Source of the DNA: Hemiscyllium ocellatum
Taxonomy: Eukaryota
Length of the DNA stretch: 64,000 nucleotides
Assembly: GCF_020745735.1 (NCBI RefSeq)
Contig: NW_026867526.1
Span: 660,416-724,415 of the forward strand
Direction: 5' to 3'
Numbering within the stretch: the stretch's first letter is position 1; each line of letters starts with the position of its first letter. The notes under the pieces are model-generated. The model did not search any database. It saw only the letters and a list, made by a program, of their open reading frames with translations, and was not told the origin of the DNA. Below, piece after piece: positions 12,170-24,713 of this stretch. Made by a program: the position numbers and the translations under genes.

Positions 12170-12990
12170 TTAATGTAATGATGATCTTCATGGTGCTTGA
12201 TAAAGATTGTGGATTGTCCCCATGTGATACCCGTTACCTGGTGGCCATGGCAGTGGCAGATCTACTGGTCGTTATTCTCAACCTGATATTGAGAAACGTT
12301 CCGATTGAATATTGAGAACACAACAGTTTCCTGTTGGGCATCCCCATGTGTAATATCTTTGCCGTACTGCTTTATATCGGTCGGACAGTCCTGTCTGGTT
12401 TGCCATCGCTTTCACCTTCGATTGATTTGTGGCCATTTGTTGCCAGAAGCTGAAAATTAAATATTGCAGTTAGAAAACTGCTCTGGGAACAGCGACTGTG
12501 CTGAGCTGTTTAAAGAACATCTTCTGGTATTTTATTCTCCCAGCTCGGTATTGGCTGGATAACGCCCCCTGGCTTTGTGATGTAACAATCGGTGTCTATT
12601 ACTCTTGAGACTGGGTCATAATTGAGTTCCTCCACCACATTCTAACCCGACTTTCCAATTTCCCCTGATTCTGCTGCTCAATGTTTTCAGCATCAGACAC
12701 ATGTTAATGACCAGCAGAGCCCACAGGAGACCAGTGGAGAGTCTCACAGGGACACCGAGATGCAAAGGCTGAAGTAAATCCATCTTGTTACTGTTAGTGT
12801 TAACAATGTATTCAATATGGAGCCAAATGTTTGTTCTCGGCTATTGGTCAATGTATCTACATGAATTGTGCTGGAATTGGGATTCATGATGCAGTTTCTC
12901 AATTGCTGCATGGCATTTTTGCCATGACCCTGACAAAGTTCAGGCAGCAACTGAAGAAGGTGCTGAAATATCCCTTCACTCAAATCAATG
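12170..12990 (+). pseudogene. Class A GPCR pseudogene, GPR139/GPR142-like (shark-expanded family), TM1-TM7 with stops and frameshifts
   Basis: Acceptor tcctcacag|TTAAT. Fragments VNVMMIFMVL..CGLSPCDTRYLVAMAVADLLVVILNLIL, FTFD*FVAICCQKLKIKYC, DTEMQRLK, GFMMQFLNCC..TKFRQQLKKVLKYP. Confidence 0.78.
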
Positions 12991-13329
12991 AATGAATCAA
13001 TCAGATTCATTTGGTGTGTTCTTATTGGGCCGAACGGCCAGTTTCCACACTGTAGGGATTCTATGAGGACGTAGATGTGTCAGTGTTCGACTGGGGTGGA
13101 CAAAGTTAAAAATCACACAACATCTGTTTATAGTCCAATGGCTTTATTTGGAAGCACACTAGCTTTTAAGAGCTTCATTAGGTAGCTAGATCATGGGACA
13201 CAGAATTCACTATAAATTCGGTGTCCTGTGATCCTGCCCCACTAACTACCTGATTGAAGAGCAGCGTCCAGTCAGTCCAGGATTTTCTCATTTTAATTCA
13301 AATTCACAGCAATGAAGCAGCCTATCACA

Positions 13330-14605
13330 ATGGTAACAGAGTGAGGACAGGTGACTGAGGTGTCAGTGGGGGAGCACTTTGGGGCCAGTGACCAAAGTTC
13401 TATTAATTTTAAAGTAGCAATGGTTTTGTGTGTCAGAAATCATGTCACACGAACTTGACTGACTTTTATTTTGAAGAAGCAACAAAGAGGATTGATGAGG
13501 GCAGAGCGGTGAACGGGATCTGTATGGACTTCAGTAAGGTGTTTGACAAGGTTCCCCATGGGATACTGGTTAGCAAGCTTAGATCATATGGAATATAGGG
13601 AGAATTAACCATTTGAATTGACTCAAAAGCAAGAAGTGGTGGTGTAAGGTTGCTTTTCAGACTGGAGGTCTATGACCAGTGGTGTGCTACAAGGATTAGT
13701 GGTGAATCCACTGCTTTTCATCATTTATATAAATGATTTGGATGCAAACGTAGGAGGTATAGTTAGTAAGTTTGCAGCTGGCAACAAAATTGGAGGTGCA
13801 GTGGACAGTGAAGAAGGTTACCTCAGATTACAATGAGATCTTGATCAGGTGGGCCAATGGGCTGAGGAGTGGCAGTTTGAGTTTAATTTAGATAAATGTG
13901 AGGTGCTGCATTTTGGAAAAGCAAATCAGAGCAGGACATACCCACTTATTCATAAGGGTGTGTTGCTGAGGAGTTGGAGTGCATGTTCATAGTTCTTTGA
14001 AAGTAGAGTCGGAGGCAGATAGAATAGTGAAGAAGGCATTTGGTATGCTTTCCATTATTGGTCAGAGTATTGAGTGTAGGAATTGGGAGGTCATGTTGTG
14101 GCTGTACAGGACATTGGTTAAACCATGTGCAATTCTGGTCTCCTTCCTATCGAAGAATGTTGTGAATCTTAAAAGGGTTCTGAAAAGATTTACAAAGATA
14201 TTGCCAGGGTGGAGGATTTGATCTATAGGGAGAGACTGAAATAGGATGGGGCTGTTTTCCCTGGAGCGTCGGAGGCTTCACAAGTTTCATAAAATCATGA
14301 GGGACATAGATCGGACAAAGTCTTTTTGCTGGGGTGAGAGAGGGCAAGACTTAGAGTGAGAGGGAAAGATAAAAGGAGACAACTTTTTCACATAGAGGAT
14401 GGTGTGTGTATGGAATGAGCTACCATAGGAAGTGGTGGAGATTGGTATAATTACAGCATTTAAAAGGCATCTGGACTGGTATATGAATAGTAAGGTTTGG
14501 AGGGATACCGGCCAAGTGCTGGCAAATGAGACTAGTTTAGGTTAGGATATCTGGTTGGCATGAATGAGTTGGGTTTGTTTCCATGCTGTACATCTTTATG
14601 ACTAA
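13330..14605 (+). mobile_element. CR1 LINE RT and 3' fragment
   Basis: YMDFSKVFDKVPH, LLFIIYINDL, KFAAGNKIGG, LDKCEVLHFG. Confidence 0.88.
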
Positions 14606-15661
14606 GTGCAGAATAACAGAGCGTACAGGGCTCCCTTAGTGACAACGGGTGAGTGTTTGCACTTTGGTGATATTTGCACTGTAAATCTACACATCTGTAC
14701 GTGAGAAACACCTCAACGTACAGAGACCAGGCGGGCAATCTGTCAAGGCTTGAATTCTCTAACCAGAGACTGTGAGAACGAGAACATTTCTGGGAGGCAT
14801 GGTAGATGAATGTAGCTTTACAAATCAAAACACGTGTATCCTTCAGTTCCTTTGTTTAAAAAATACTTTCTCATTTAAACTGACTAACAGTTCCAGTGTC
14901 CACTGTCGTTTGTGGAAGAAAGTTCCAAACCTCTCCCATCCTTTGTATGTAGAAGTGCTTCCTAACATTTCTCCTGAATGCTCTGGCCCTCATTCTCAGA
15001 CTGTGCCCCCTCGTTAGAGAATTGCCAACCAATGGAAATCATTTATCTTTTTCTGTTAATGTCTTGGAAGACTTCACTCAGATCATCCTTCAAGATTCTT
15101 GTGAACACAGACTTCATTTGTATATATAAAAAAAGAAATTGTTCAGCAGTTCTGGCAAGCATCTGTGAGAGGCAAAGCAGAGTTAAAGTTTCAAGTCCGG
15201 AGACCCTTCTTCAGATCGAAGTTGCATGATCTCCCTTCATACCTTCAGAACATATGAAACCAGAACAGATGACAGAATACTAAAGTCAGGAAATTCTGCA
15301 GCAGCAGTGACTTTGGGAGTCTCTGTCAATGGAAAATTGTACCATGAATGCTGCTCACTGGATTGTTATCACTGTTCTGGGGTCTGGATATGGCTGACCA
15401 GTCAATGAGATGGCGACGTTGTTGTTCAACAGGTAAAACTAGAGAGCAGATCAGCAGCAGATCAAACCAAGTCCAAATGTCTTTATGCCACATCAGGAAC
15501 ACCAATAATAGCAAGGATGGTGTGGAACACCTTCCCCACCTGCTGAGTTGGTGGATGCATTTTTCCATGTGAGGTGATCTGTCCCTTCAGGCAGCTGACA
15601 AGCTCCTTGTTTGAAACTCTGGGCTGATGCATTCCCAGAGATGCTGCCTTATACTGCCTGA

Positions 15662-15932
15662 AAGCTCCTTTGGGAGATTGACAGGACAGCATTGCTCAGC
15701 TTTGTGTCAAAACTCTGACAGTGAACAAACTAATTACAGTAACATTTTTAATCCCAATTATGGAGAAGCATTGCTGTTTAGTATATCATAATGAAATAAC
15801 AAAAAAACAGAATTTGGAATCTCCCAGCAATAATGCTGCCCACTCAAATACCATGAGCCTTATTACAAGATCACAAATGATTTCAACCAATGCTACATCG
15901 AGCCAGTTTACTCCATGTGTGAAAATATATGT
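15662..15932 (+). repeat. Partner of the 271-bp inverted repeat
   Basis: aagctcctttgggag...gtgtgaaaatatatgt is the reverse complement of 7803-8073. Confidence 0.92.
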
Positions 15933-16679
15933 CAGAGCTGTTCTTCTGTTCTCTAGGGTAGGAGCTGCCCTCTTTAAACAAGAGCATTTGACGCACTGAT
16001 TGAAATGTGATTCTTCTTACACACTGAATGTGTGCATTACTGCCGAGGTCAGCATTTATTTCACATCCCTAATTGCCCAGGTTCTGGAGGCACATGAAGG
16101 GCTTCCCTGGAGGAAGGGGACTGAGTAAACAAGATGGGCTTCCAACAATGGAGGCATCACTGATGTCACTCTTATTGTCATTCTCCATCCTTCCCAAAGG
16201 GAAACTAGGGTCGAGTAATAAACACTGGCCCAGCCAGTGATGCCCACACTGGGAGTTCCATCTACCTTATAGCCCCTGATCTGTATTCATCAGGATCATA
16301 CCCACGTGTTAGGAAATGTGCCTTTTCCAAACTACAATCATAACCACCGGTATCCCAAGATATATCAAGGTGAGTGCAGTTAGGACCACAGCTTGATGGG
16401 AGAGGATCTGAATTCATGGATGACAGGCTACGGGCATGTGATGGTATGGCCTGTTCCCTCACATTTACTTAAGAGTGGTCCCTGTCAATGTCCCCTCTCT
16501 CTCCACAGTATGTGGGAGGAAGATATGATAAGCCATCCAAATACATTTTTTATTATATAATTCCGTTAAGTTGGACGTCATCCTAACTTTGTCACTCGGG
16601 ATAATTGGAATCCCTAGCACTGAGAGTGTCCTTACAGCTGCCATTAAACCAGACCTTGGTGAGCTGCTGTAATTGGGGT

Positions 16680-16975
16680 GGATGGTAGCTCAGTGGTCAG
16701 CACTGCTGCCTCACAGCACCAGGGACAAGGGGTCATTTCCAGCCTTGGGCAACTGTCTGGGTGGAGTTTGCACATTCTCCCCGTGTCTGCATGGGTTTCC
16801 TCCCACAGGCCAAAGATGTGCAGGTTAGGTGAATTAGCCATTGTAATTTGCCAATAGTGATAGGTGCATTAGGGTAAATATAGGATAGGGGAATGGGTCT
16901 GAGTGGGTTCCTTTTCAGAGTGTCATTGTAGACTTGTTGGGTTGTAGAGTCTGTTTCCATACTGTAGGGAATGTA
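16680..16975 (+). mobile_element. Diverged V-SINE
   Basis: gtagctcagtggtcagcactgctgcctcacagc head and gtggagtttgcacattctccccgtgtctgc core. Confidence 0.82.
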
Positions 16976-17179
16976 ATTTAAACTGACAGTGAGAGATATT
17001 GGGGTGGGTCTTCTCCTGGAAGAAATGTTTATGCTGTTTGTCACAAATTTGCTCTGGGGCTTTCCCTTGGCTGGCCTGTCTGAACTCCTCCCTCATCCTG
17101 TTCCTGCAGATACTGCACAGGGTGTCCCAGCAGTAATGACGGTGGACAACAAAACTGCATTCTGTGCAGTATTTACAGC

Positions 17180-17485
17180 ACAGAGACCCAGAGATGGAGA
17201 GCAGAAGGAAGTCTGTGATTTAGCTCCTCCTCACCATCTCTTGGAGCTTCATCCTCCTGTTGTTCATCGATGTTTTTAAGTTTCTTACATTATGTTATTC
17301 AAGGAGTCCATCCTGAAGATTACTCATTTTTCCTGCATAACTTCACAAAACTTGGTTATATGCTGCAGACCCTAAGTTGGTGCACAAACAAATTTATTTA
17401 TGCAGCAACATTATCTCAGTTCAGAGTGAAGATCAGTAACACAGCAAAGTCGCGACTTACACAAATTCCTTGCATAATGAATAAA
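17180..17485 (+). pseudogene. Second GPR139-like fragment (ICL3-TM6-TM7-helix 8)
   Basis: HRDPEMESRRKSVI*LLLTISWSFILLL, then after a frameshift LGYMLQTLSWCTNKFIYAATLSQFR. Confidence 0.72.
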
Positions 17486-17524
17486 AAAAGTTCCTTCGTG
17501 AAGCCACAGGAGGGTCCTGTTGTT

Positions 17525-18025
17525 CCAGACACGAAACCATTTTTCAAATTCATTCATGGGATGTTGGCGTCACTGCCCAGGCCCAGTATTTCTTACCCGT
17601 CCCTAGTTGCCCCTTAAGAAGTTGGTGGTGAACTGCCTTCTTGAACCAGTATTGTCCATGTAGGTCACCCATAATGTTGTTAGGGAAGGAATTCCAGGAA
17701 TTTGACACAGGGATGTATTTCCTCTTCAAGATGGTGAGAGGCTTGGAAGGCAATTTGCAAAGGGTGGTGTTCCTATGTATTTGTTGCCATTGTCCTAAGT
17801 GGAAGTGGTTGTGGGTTTGGAAGGTGCTGAATGAGGATCTTTGGTGAATATCTGCACTGCATTTGTAGGTGGTACACACTGCTGCTACTGAGCATCTTTG
17901 GTGGAGGGAGTGGATATTTGTGGGTGGGGTGCCAATCTAGCAGGTTGCTTTGTCCTGGATGGTGTCAAGTTTCTTGATTGTTTATTAGAGCTACACTCAT
18001 ACAGGCAAGTGGAGCATATTCCATC
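17525..18025 (-). mobile_element. 3' end of an L2/CR1-superclade LINE
   Basis: ttcattcatgggatgttggcgtcactg...gaaggaattccagg...tttgtcctggatggtgtcaagtttcttga; related pieces at ~16040-16250 and ~37060-37230. Confidence 0.65.
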
Positions 18026-18539
18026 ACATCCTACAGAGAGTCCTTATCCCAGCGCAGAGAGAGGGTTGAGCTGGGAACCTGCAGATTCCCCATCTTCGCA
18101 CAATCCAAAGGATTTGTCCAAGAAAGTGGAATTTCCTACTGGGTAAGTCCTATCATCTTGGAACCCTCTACGTGTCCATCAAAAATCAAATTCTTAAGCG
18201 GATATTGATGCAGTTAAACAGACTAGTTAATCTGTAAATATTCCATGTCAACCAACGCTACACTAATGTCCCAAATAGCTGTTTTGCTATGAGCTGTTTT
18301 GAAGTGAGAAATTGTGGCAGGTGATGACATGATATTATTAGAACCCACTCACCAAACAAATGGCTGCCTCTATTTTTCATCATCAAGCTTCCAGTTTCTT
18401 TGGTTCTGCTTATCCATTGCAGTCTCACCAGAAATTTCCTGCCATTGATTACGCTGCAGAGATCGAACCTCTCTGTTAATTAAACCAAACACCCAGAGAG
18501 TCTTGGTTCACTCCGTAATCTGTTTAAATATTAGGAACA

Positions 18540-21500
18540 GAGAACTATGATGCAATTAGGAAAGATTTAGGAAGCGTAGACTGGGGAAGGAAACTGCAGG
18601 GGATGAGCCCATTAAAAATGTGGAGCTTATTCAAGGAAAAGCTCAAGTGCATCCTAAATAAGTATGTAGCTGTTAGACAGGGCAGACGTTATAGAACACG
18701 TGAGCCATGGTTTACTAAGAAAGTGGAATCTATGGTCAAGAAGAAGAAGGCTTATGATAAGGCAAAATGTGAAAACTCAGATAGGGTGCTTGAGGGTTAT
18801 AGGGAAGCCAGGAAAGACCTAAAAAGAGAGCTCAGAAGAGCCAGGAGGAGACTTGAGAAGTTGTTGGTGGATAGGATCAGGGTTAATCCTAAGGCTTTCC
18901 ATAGGTATGTCAGGAATAAAAGAATGACGAGAGTTAAATTAGGGCCAGTCAAGGATAGTAGTGGGAAGTTGTGAGTGGAGTCAGAGAAGATAGGGGAAAC
19001 ACTAAATAAATATTTTTCACCAGGATTCAGCATAGAAAATGATAATGTTGGTGAGGAAGATACAGAGATACTTTCATCGAGACGAGAAGAGATTGAGAAA
19101 GTGAGGACAGCAGATGCTGGAGATCAGAGCTGAAAATGTGTTACTGGAAAAGCGCAGCAGGTCAGGCAGCATCCAAGGAGCAGGAGAATCGACGTTTCGG
19201 GCATGAGCTCTTCTTCAGGAATGAGGAGAGTGTGCCAAGCAGGCTATGACAAAAGGTAGGGAGGAGGGACTTGGGGGAGGGGTGTTGGAAGTGCGATAGG
19301 TGGAAGGAGGTTAAGGTGAGGGTGATAGGCCGGAGTGGGGATGGGGGCAGAGAGGTCAGGAAGAAGATGGCAGGTTAGGAAGGTGTCTTTAATTTCTGAT
19401 ATGGCTAGGAAGAACTGCTTGTTTAGTGTATGGATTCTCCTGTGGATGAAGAACAGTAGAGGTCCTTTGCAGGTCTGTGAGAGTGTTGTCCTGAGCTGGG
19501 GTAGGGCTAATTGCCTACGGAACTGACTAACTCCGCACGGACTCCAAACTACGTTCAGACCAGCAACATTTGGACCCAACCAGGACAACCAGTACTACAA
19601 CAAATCCAAAGCCTCCAGTAACAGACCTCCCTCCGGATCCTCCGCTCCACGCTTGCAGCCAAGCGCCGCTACCTACATTCCCTACAGTCAGCCCTGCCCT
19701 CAGGACAACACTCTCACAGACCTGCAAAGGGCCTCTACTGTTCTTCATCCACAGAAGAATCCATACACTAAACAAACAGTTCTTCCTAGCCATATCGGAA
19801 ATTAACGACCCTCGAACTCAGCACCACCTTCCTAACCTGCAATCTTCTTCCTGACCTCTCCGCCCCCACCCGACTCCGGCCTATCACCCTCATCTTAACT
19901 TCCTTCCACCTATCGCACTTCCAATGCCCCTCCCCCAAGACCCTACTCCCTACCTTTTAACTTAGCCTGCTTGGCACACTCTCCTCATTCCTGAAGAAGG
20001 GCTCATGCCTGAAACATTGATTCTCCTGAGAAGAGATTGAGGTTCATAAGGAAGAGGTATTGGAATTATTACAGAATGTGAAGATAGACAAGTCCTCTGT
20101 GCCAGATGGGTTCTATCCTAGGATCCTCTGGGAAGCAAGGGAAGAGATTGCTGAGCCTTTGGCATTGATCTTCAAATCATCATTATCAACAGGAATAGTT
20201 CCTGAGGACTGGAGGATAGCAAATGTGGTTCCCTTGTTCAAAAAGGATAGTAGAGACCACCCTGGTAATTGCAGACCAGTGAGTCTCACTTCAGTTGTTG
20301 GTATAGTGTTGGAAAAGGTTATAAGAGATAGGATTTACAACCAATAGATAAGAATAATCTGATCAGAGACAGTCAGCACGGTTTTGTGAAGGGGAGGTCG
20401 TGCCTAATGACTCTTATTGAGTTTTTTGACAAAGTGACCAATGTTTGATGAGAGTAAACTGGTTGCTGTGGTGTATATGGATTTCAGCAAGGTGTTCGAT
20501 TAGGTTCCCCACAGTAAGTTATTATACAAAATGCAGAGGAATGGGATTGTGGGAGACATAGCAGTTTGGATCAGTTATTGGCTAACTGAAAGAAAACAGA
20601 GGGTTGCAGGTTGATGGAACATGTTCATCTTGGTGTCCAGGTACTAGCAGCGTACCACAAGGGTCAGTGTTAAGTCCACTGCTGTTCGTCATTTTTATAA
20701 ATGACCTGGATGAGGGCTTAGAAGGGTGGGTGAGCAAATTTATGGATGACCCTCAGGTAGGTGGAGTTGTGGATAGTGATGAAGGCTGAAGTAGGTTGCA
20801 GAGAGACATAGATAGGATGCAGAGCTGGGCTGAGAGGTGGCAAATGGAATTTAATGTGGACAAGTGTGAGGTGAAACACTTTGGACGGAGTAATCAGAAT
20901 GCAGAGTACTGGGCTAATGGTAGGATTCGAGGGAGTGCGGATGAGCAGAGGGATCTCGGTGTCCATGTACACAGATCCCTGAAAGTTGCCACCCAGATTG
21001 ACAGGGTTGTTAAGAAGGAATACAGTGTTTTGGCCCTTATTAATAGAGGGATTGAGTTCCAGAACCAGGAGCTTATCCTGCAGCTGTACCAAGCTCTGGT
21101 ACGGCCACACTTGGAGTATTGTGTACAGTTCTGGTCACTGCATTAGAAGAAGGATGTGGAAGCTTTGGAAAGGGTGCAGAGGAGATTTCTTGGGATGTTG
21201 CTTGGTATGGAGGGAATGTTATCGCTAGAGAGATGAAGGTTGATACGTGACTTAATAGAGACGTATAAGATAATCAGAGGGTTAGATAGGGTGGACAGGG
21301 AGAGCTTTTTTCCAAGTATAGGAATGGCAAACATGAGGGGACACAACTTTAAAGTGAGGGGAGATGGTATAAGACAGATGTCAGAGGTAGTTTCTTTACT
21401 CAGAGAGTAGTAAGGGTATGGAATGCATCAATGGTAGTAGATTCAGCAAGTTTAAGTTCATTTAAGTTGTCATTGGACAAGCATATGGATGTAAATGGAA

Positions 21501-21590
21501 TAGTGTCGATGGATGGGCAACAGATTAGTAAGACAGGGCAACGCAACATCAAGGGCCGAAAGGCCTGTGCTGGCCTGTAATGTTCTATAA
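18540..21590 (+). mobile_element. CR1-clade LINE ORF2 (RT) remnant, interrupted by a Penelope-derived insertion
   Basis: KSSVPDGFYPRILWE, DWRIANVVPLFKK, PQGSVLSPLLFVIFINDL, KFMDD, RPHLEYCVQFWS; many stops. Confidence 0.92.
19098..20027. mobile_element. Fold-back Penelope-like element with a 14-bp TSD
   Basis: Arms 19181-19508 and 19690-20028 are reverse complements around a ~180-bp spacer; gagaagagattgag at 19084-19097 and 20028-20041. Confidence 0.85.
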
Positions 21591-22324
21591 CTCTAAAATT
21601 ACAATACTTAAAGAAAATTATAATTATTTTCTTAACTCAAATAGTGAACACTAAACAACAACTGTTTACAAATCCAAGTCCCCTTTGTTTACCTACTTAG
21701 TATCTGACTCCAACTCCACAAAAATACACTGTTCCAATTATTAAACTGGACACTTATGAAGCATTGCATTAAGTTAATCTCAAGACCAAACAGGTTCCTC
21801 TGTTTTCAATCCTCTGGCTGCTGATCTCGCTGGGCCGTCTTGTTTCTTTTTTTCACTGTGAGAAGGTTTTACATGAAAAGGTACCTTTGGTAGAAATTGT
21901 TTTATAATTTCTTTGAGAGGAAGATGCGAGATGGGTATTTAGGTCTCGGGCTCGACAGCAGTTGGTCTCCCTCAGATTCGATGGCAGTTGCTCTCCCTCA
22001 TCCTTTCAAAATTCCGGATTTATATAACACCCACGACTCAGTAAACTCTTATAATCAGTTTCAAGGTGTCAAAACAATCAAACCAAATGGTTTCTGGTAT
22101 CCTGGGCATAATTTAAACTAATTGGGTAATTTGGAATTGTAGTCAAAACAGCAACCAAACCTCTCTCAGCTGGCAACCGTTGCTGTACTGTAAATTTAAA
22201 AAGCACTTTCTATCTTGCAGTGAACATACACTCTATTGACTTTGGAGCAATATAGATTCATTGGTTACAGTTCCAGATGCAGACTGTACATCCATCTGCA
22301 CTGTCACCAAAAAACCAGATGCAC

Positions 22325-22437
22325 CAACACTACAACCACCCCTCCCTGACTGATCCCTACCCAACACTGCAACCACCCCTCCCTGACTGATCCCTACCCA
22401 CCTCTGCAATCACCCCCTCCCTGACTGATCCTGACCC
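22325..22437. repeat. 37-bp minisatellite, 3 copies
   Basis: caacactacaaccacccctccctgactgatccctacc repeated three times with small changes. Confidence 0.88.
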
Positions 22438-23519
22438 GATGGAAATGGTTTCCATCTCTAGTTGCTGAAACCCAGTTGATGTTCCTGCAGGATGATGAGG
22501 GATGATGAGGGATGCTGAGTGCATCCTCCAGGAGGCAGCACCATCACATTACCCCTGTCTACACCCACACAGTAACACCGCAACGTCATTGGAACAAAAG
22601 GCAGTGAAGCCAAAGGAGGACTTTGATGAATTTACCTCGAAGAACTATCTCTAAGGGGATTGGAACCCAGCAGGAACAGGAGACTGAGCTGGATGGTCAG
22701 CTGTTTCCCACTGATTGGTGGAGCAGGATTGAAAGGCCGAATAGCCTCCTGCTGCTATCTCCCAGGTATGTATATAGTCATGGAGCCCGGGTAGGAAGAA
22801 GTAGGCAGGGCAGGGATTCTCCAGGAGATTACACTTCCACATCAGTTTTCAGTGAGGGAAGGTTTGATCGATTTTATTTAATATTTGTCTTTTACATTAA
22901 AAAAAACAAATTTGCAAACCTTGTGTTAAAGTTTATTCCAGAATAAATAAAAATAAAATAATCAAAACGATCTGAATATAAGTTTTTAAAATTTCAAACG
23001 CCCTATAAAACAAAATCCTGTCTATTCCCGGACACCATCACTTCCCAGTTACTCAAACTCCAGGGAAATATTCCTTCCCTGTCTGAACCTTTGGTTTGAT
23101 TTAACTGCTTTTCAGTTCCCGTTCTGTGAGCTGTGAAGTGTTCTTTCCCCCCCATTTCTCCGACCCAGAAGTGTTATCACACACAGCTGAGCAACTTTCC
23201 CACCATCAAAATCATCATGATGCCATTTTGGTTTTTGTTAATATATAATCACCAGCAGGAAACCAGCCGTGTAACCAATTGAATATTTACAAACAAAGCC
23301 CATTACGGGCAAAACAAACCATTACAAGTGACAAAGTGAGAAGGGAGTAAATCAAGGTAGAGTTGGGGGGAGGGGCAGCGACAGAGATAAAGTACTGTAT
23401 CCCCTGCAGTGCCCACCTCTATCTAAAGGCATCGAGAGCATTGATACACACCACATGCTCCTTCTCCAAGGACACCCTGCTGTGTAGCCTTTATCCTCAA
23501 TCATAGAATACAATCCCGA

Positions 23520-23830
23520 CAACGTGGAAGGAGAGCATTGGCCCATCAAATCCCACCGACCATCCGAAGAACATCCCACCCTGAGCACACCATCCCTGTA
23601 ACACAGCATTTCCCATGGCTGATCCACCTAGTCTGCACATTCCTGGACACTGGACAATTTAGCACGACTGATCCACCTAACCTGCACATCTTTGGGCTGT
23701 GGGAGGAAACCAGAGGACCTGGAGAGGACCCACACTATCATGGGGAGAATGTGGGAACTCCACACAGACCGTTGACCAAGGCTGGACTCCAACCTTGTAC
23801 CTGGTGCTGTGAAGCAGCAGTGCTACAGTC
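23520..23830 (-). mobile_element. Diverged V-SINE
   Basis: acctaacctgcacatctttgggctgtgggaggaaacc...gctgtgaagcagcagtgcta. Confidence 0.75.
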
Positions 23831-24039
23831 ACAATTTAAATCAAAACAGATGATCCCTGCTTATTGTCACATTGCTGTTTGTGGAGACTCACTGCCCAGA
23901 GAGACATCCTGAGGTTCAGAAAGTGGCAATATAAATTCTGTCAACTCCAGCCCAGTTAATGTGGTTAACAACAACCACAACATCAATACTCCAACAGTGT
24001 CATCATGTACAAGGTGCAGTCCTGACTCTGATGGACAAT

Positions 24040-24713
24040 AACTGCAGAATCAGAGTCCTGCAGTGATGTGTGAACTCTACCCCACACGGAGCAGGGGGAT
24101 GACCACTTCCCTGTGTGCACTCACTGGGCTCTCTGAAGATGCAGCAAATCCCTTGTCACACTGAGGGGTAAACAACTCCTACCCAGTGTGAACCCTCTGG
24201 TGTATCAGCAGGAGGGATGAATCACTGAAACCCTTCTCACTCACTGAGCATCTGAATGGCCTTTCCCCAGAGTGGGCTCGCTGGGGTCTCAGCAGATCAG
24301 AAGACTGAGTGAATCCTTTCCCGCACATGGAGCAGGTGAATGGCCTCTCCCCGGTGGGAATGCACTGATGTCTCTGCAGGAGAGAGATTTGAATGAATCC
24401 TTTCTCACACACTGAGCAGGTGAAGGGTCTAAATCCTCTGTGTCCTCTCTGGTGCCTCAGCAGATTGCAAGATCGAGTAAATCCCTTCCCATACATGGGG
24501 CAGGTGACCAGCCACTTCCCAGTGTGACTGCGTCGGTGAGTGTCCCGTTGGGAGGGATAAGTGAATTCCTTCCCACAGTCCCCACATTTACACAACCTCA
24601 CCCTGGTCCTGTCACATTGGTGTCTTCCCAGATCACATGGCCAGTTAAATCCTCGACCACATGCACAACACGAACGGTTTCTCTGGGCTGGGAATGCTGC
24701 TTTCCCCTTCCAT
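24040..24713 (-). pseudogene. C2H2 zinc-finger array pseudogene (KRAB-less)
   Basis: Start MEGESSIPSPEKPF, then repeated C-x2-C...H-x3-H with [10 protein letters not shown] linkers (ORF 24179..24601). Several zinc ligands are lost and there are frameshifts. Confidence 0.88.

Noticed and set aside
16270-16375. Possible small exon ending at caag|gtgagt
   Set aside because: No convincing acceptor or recognisable peptide.
18540-21590. Intact autonomous LINE
   Set aside because: Multiple stops and frameshifts, an internal insertion, and no 5' region. No intact retroelement ORF exists anywhere in the window.
22480-23510. PIF/Harbinger transposase remnants (H..TRNVIEQ-like near 22570; GAIDCTH-like near 23430)
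   Set aside because: The similarities need frameshifts, are very short and are in non-collinear order; a profile search is required before calling.
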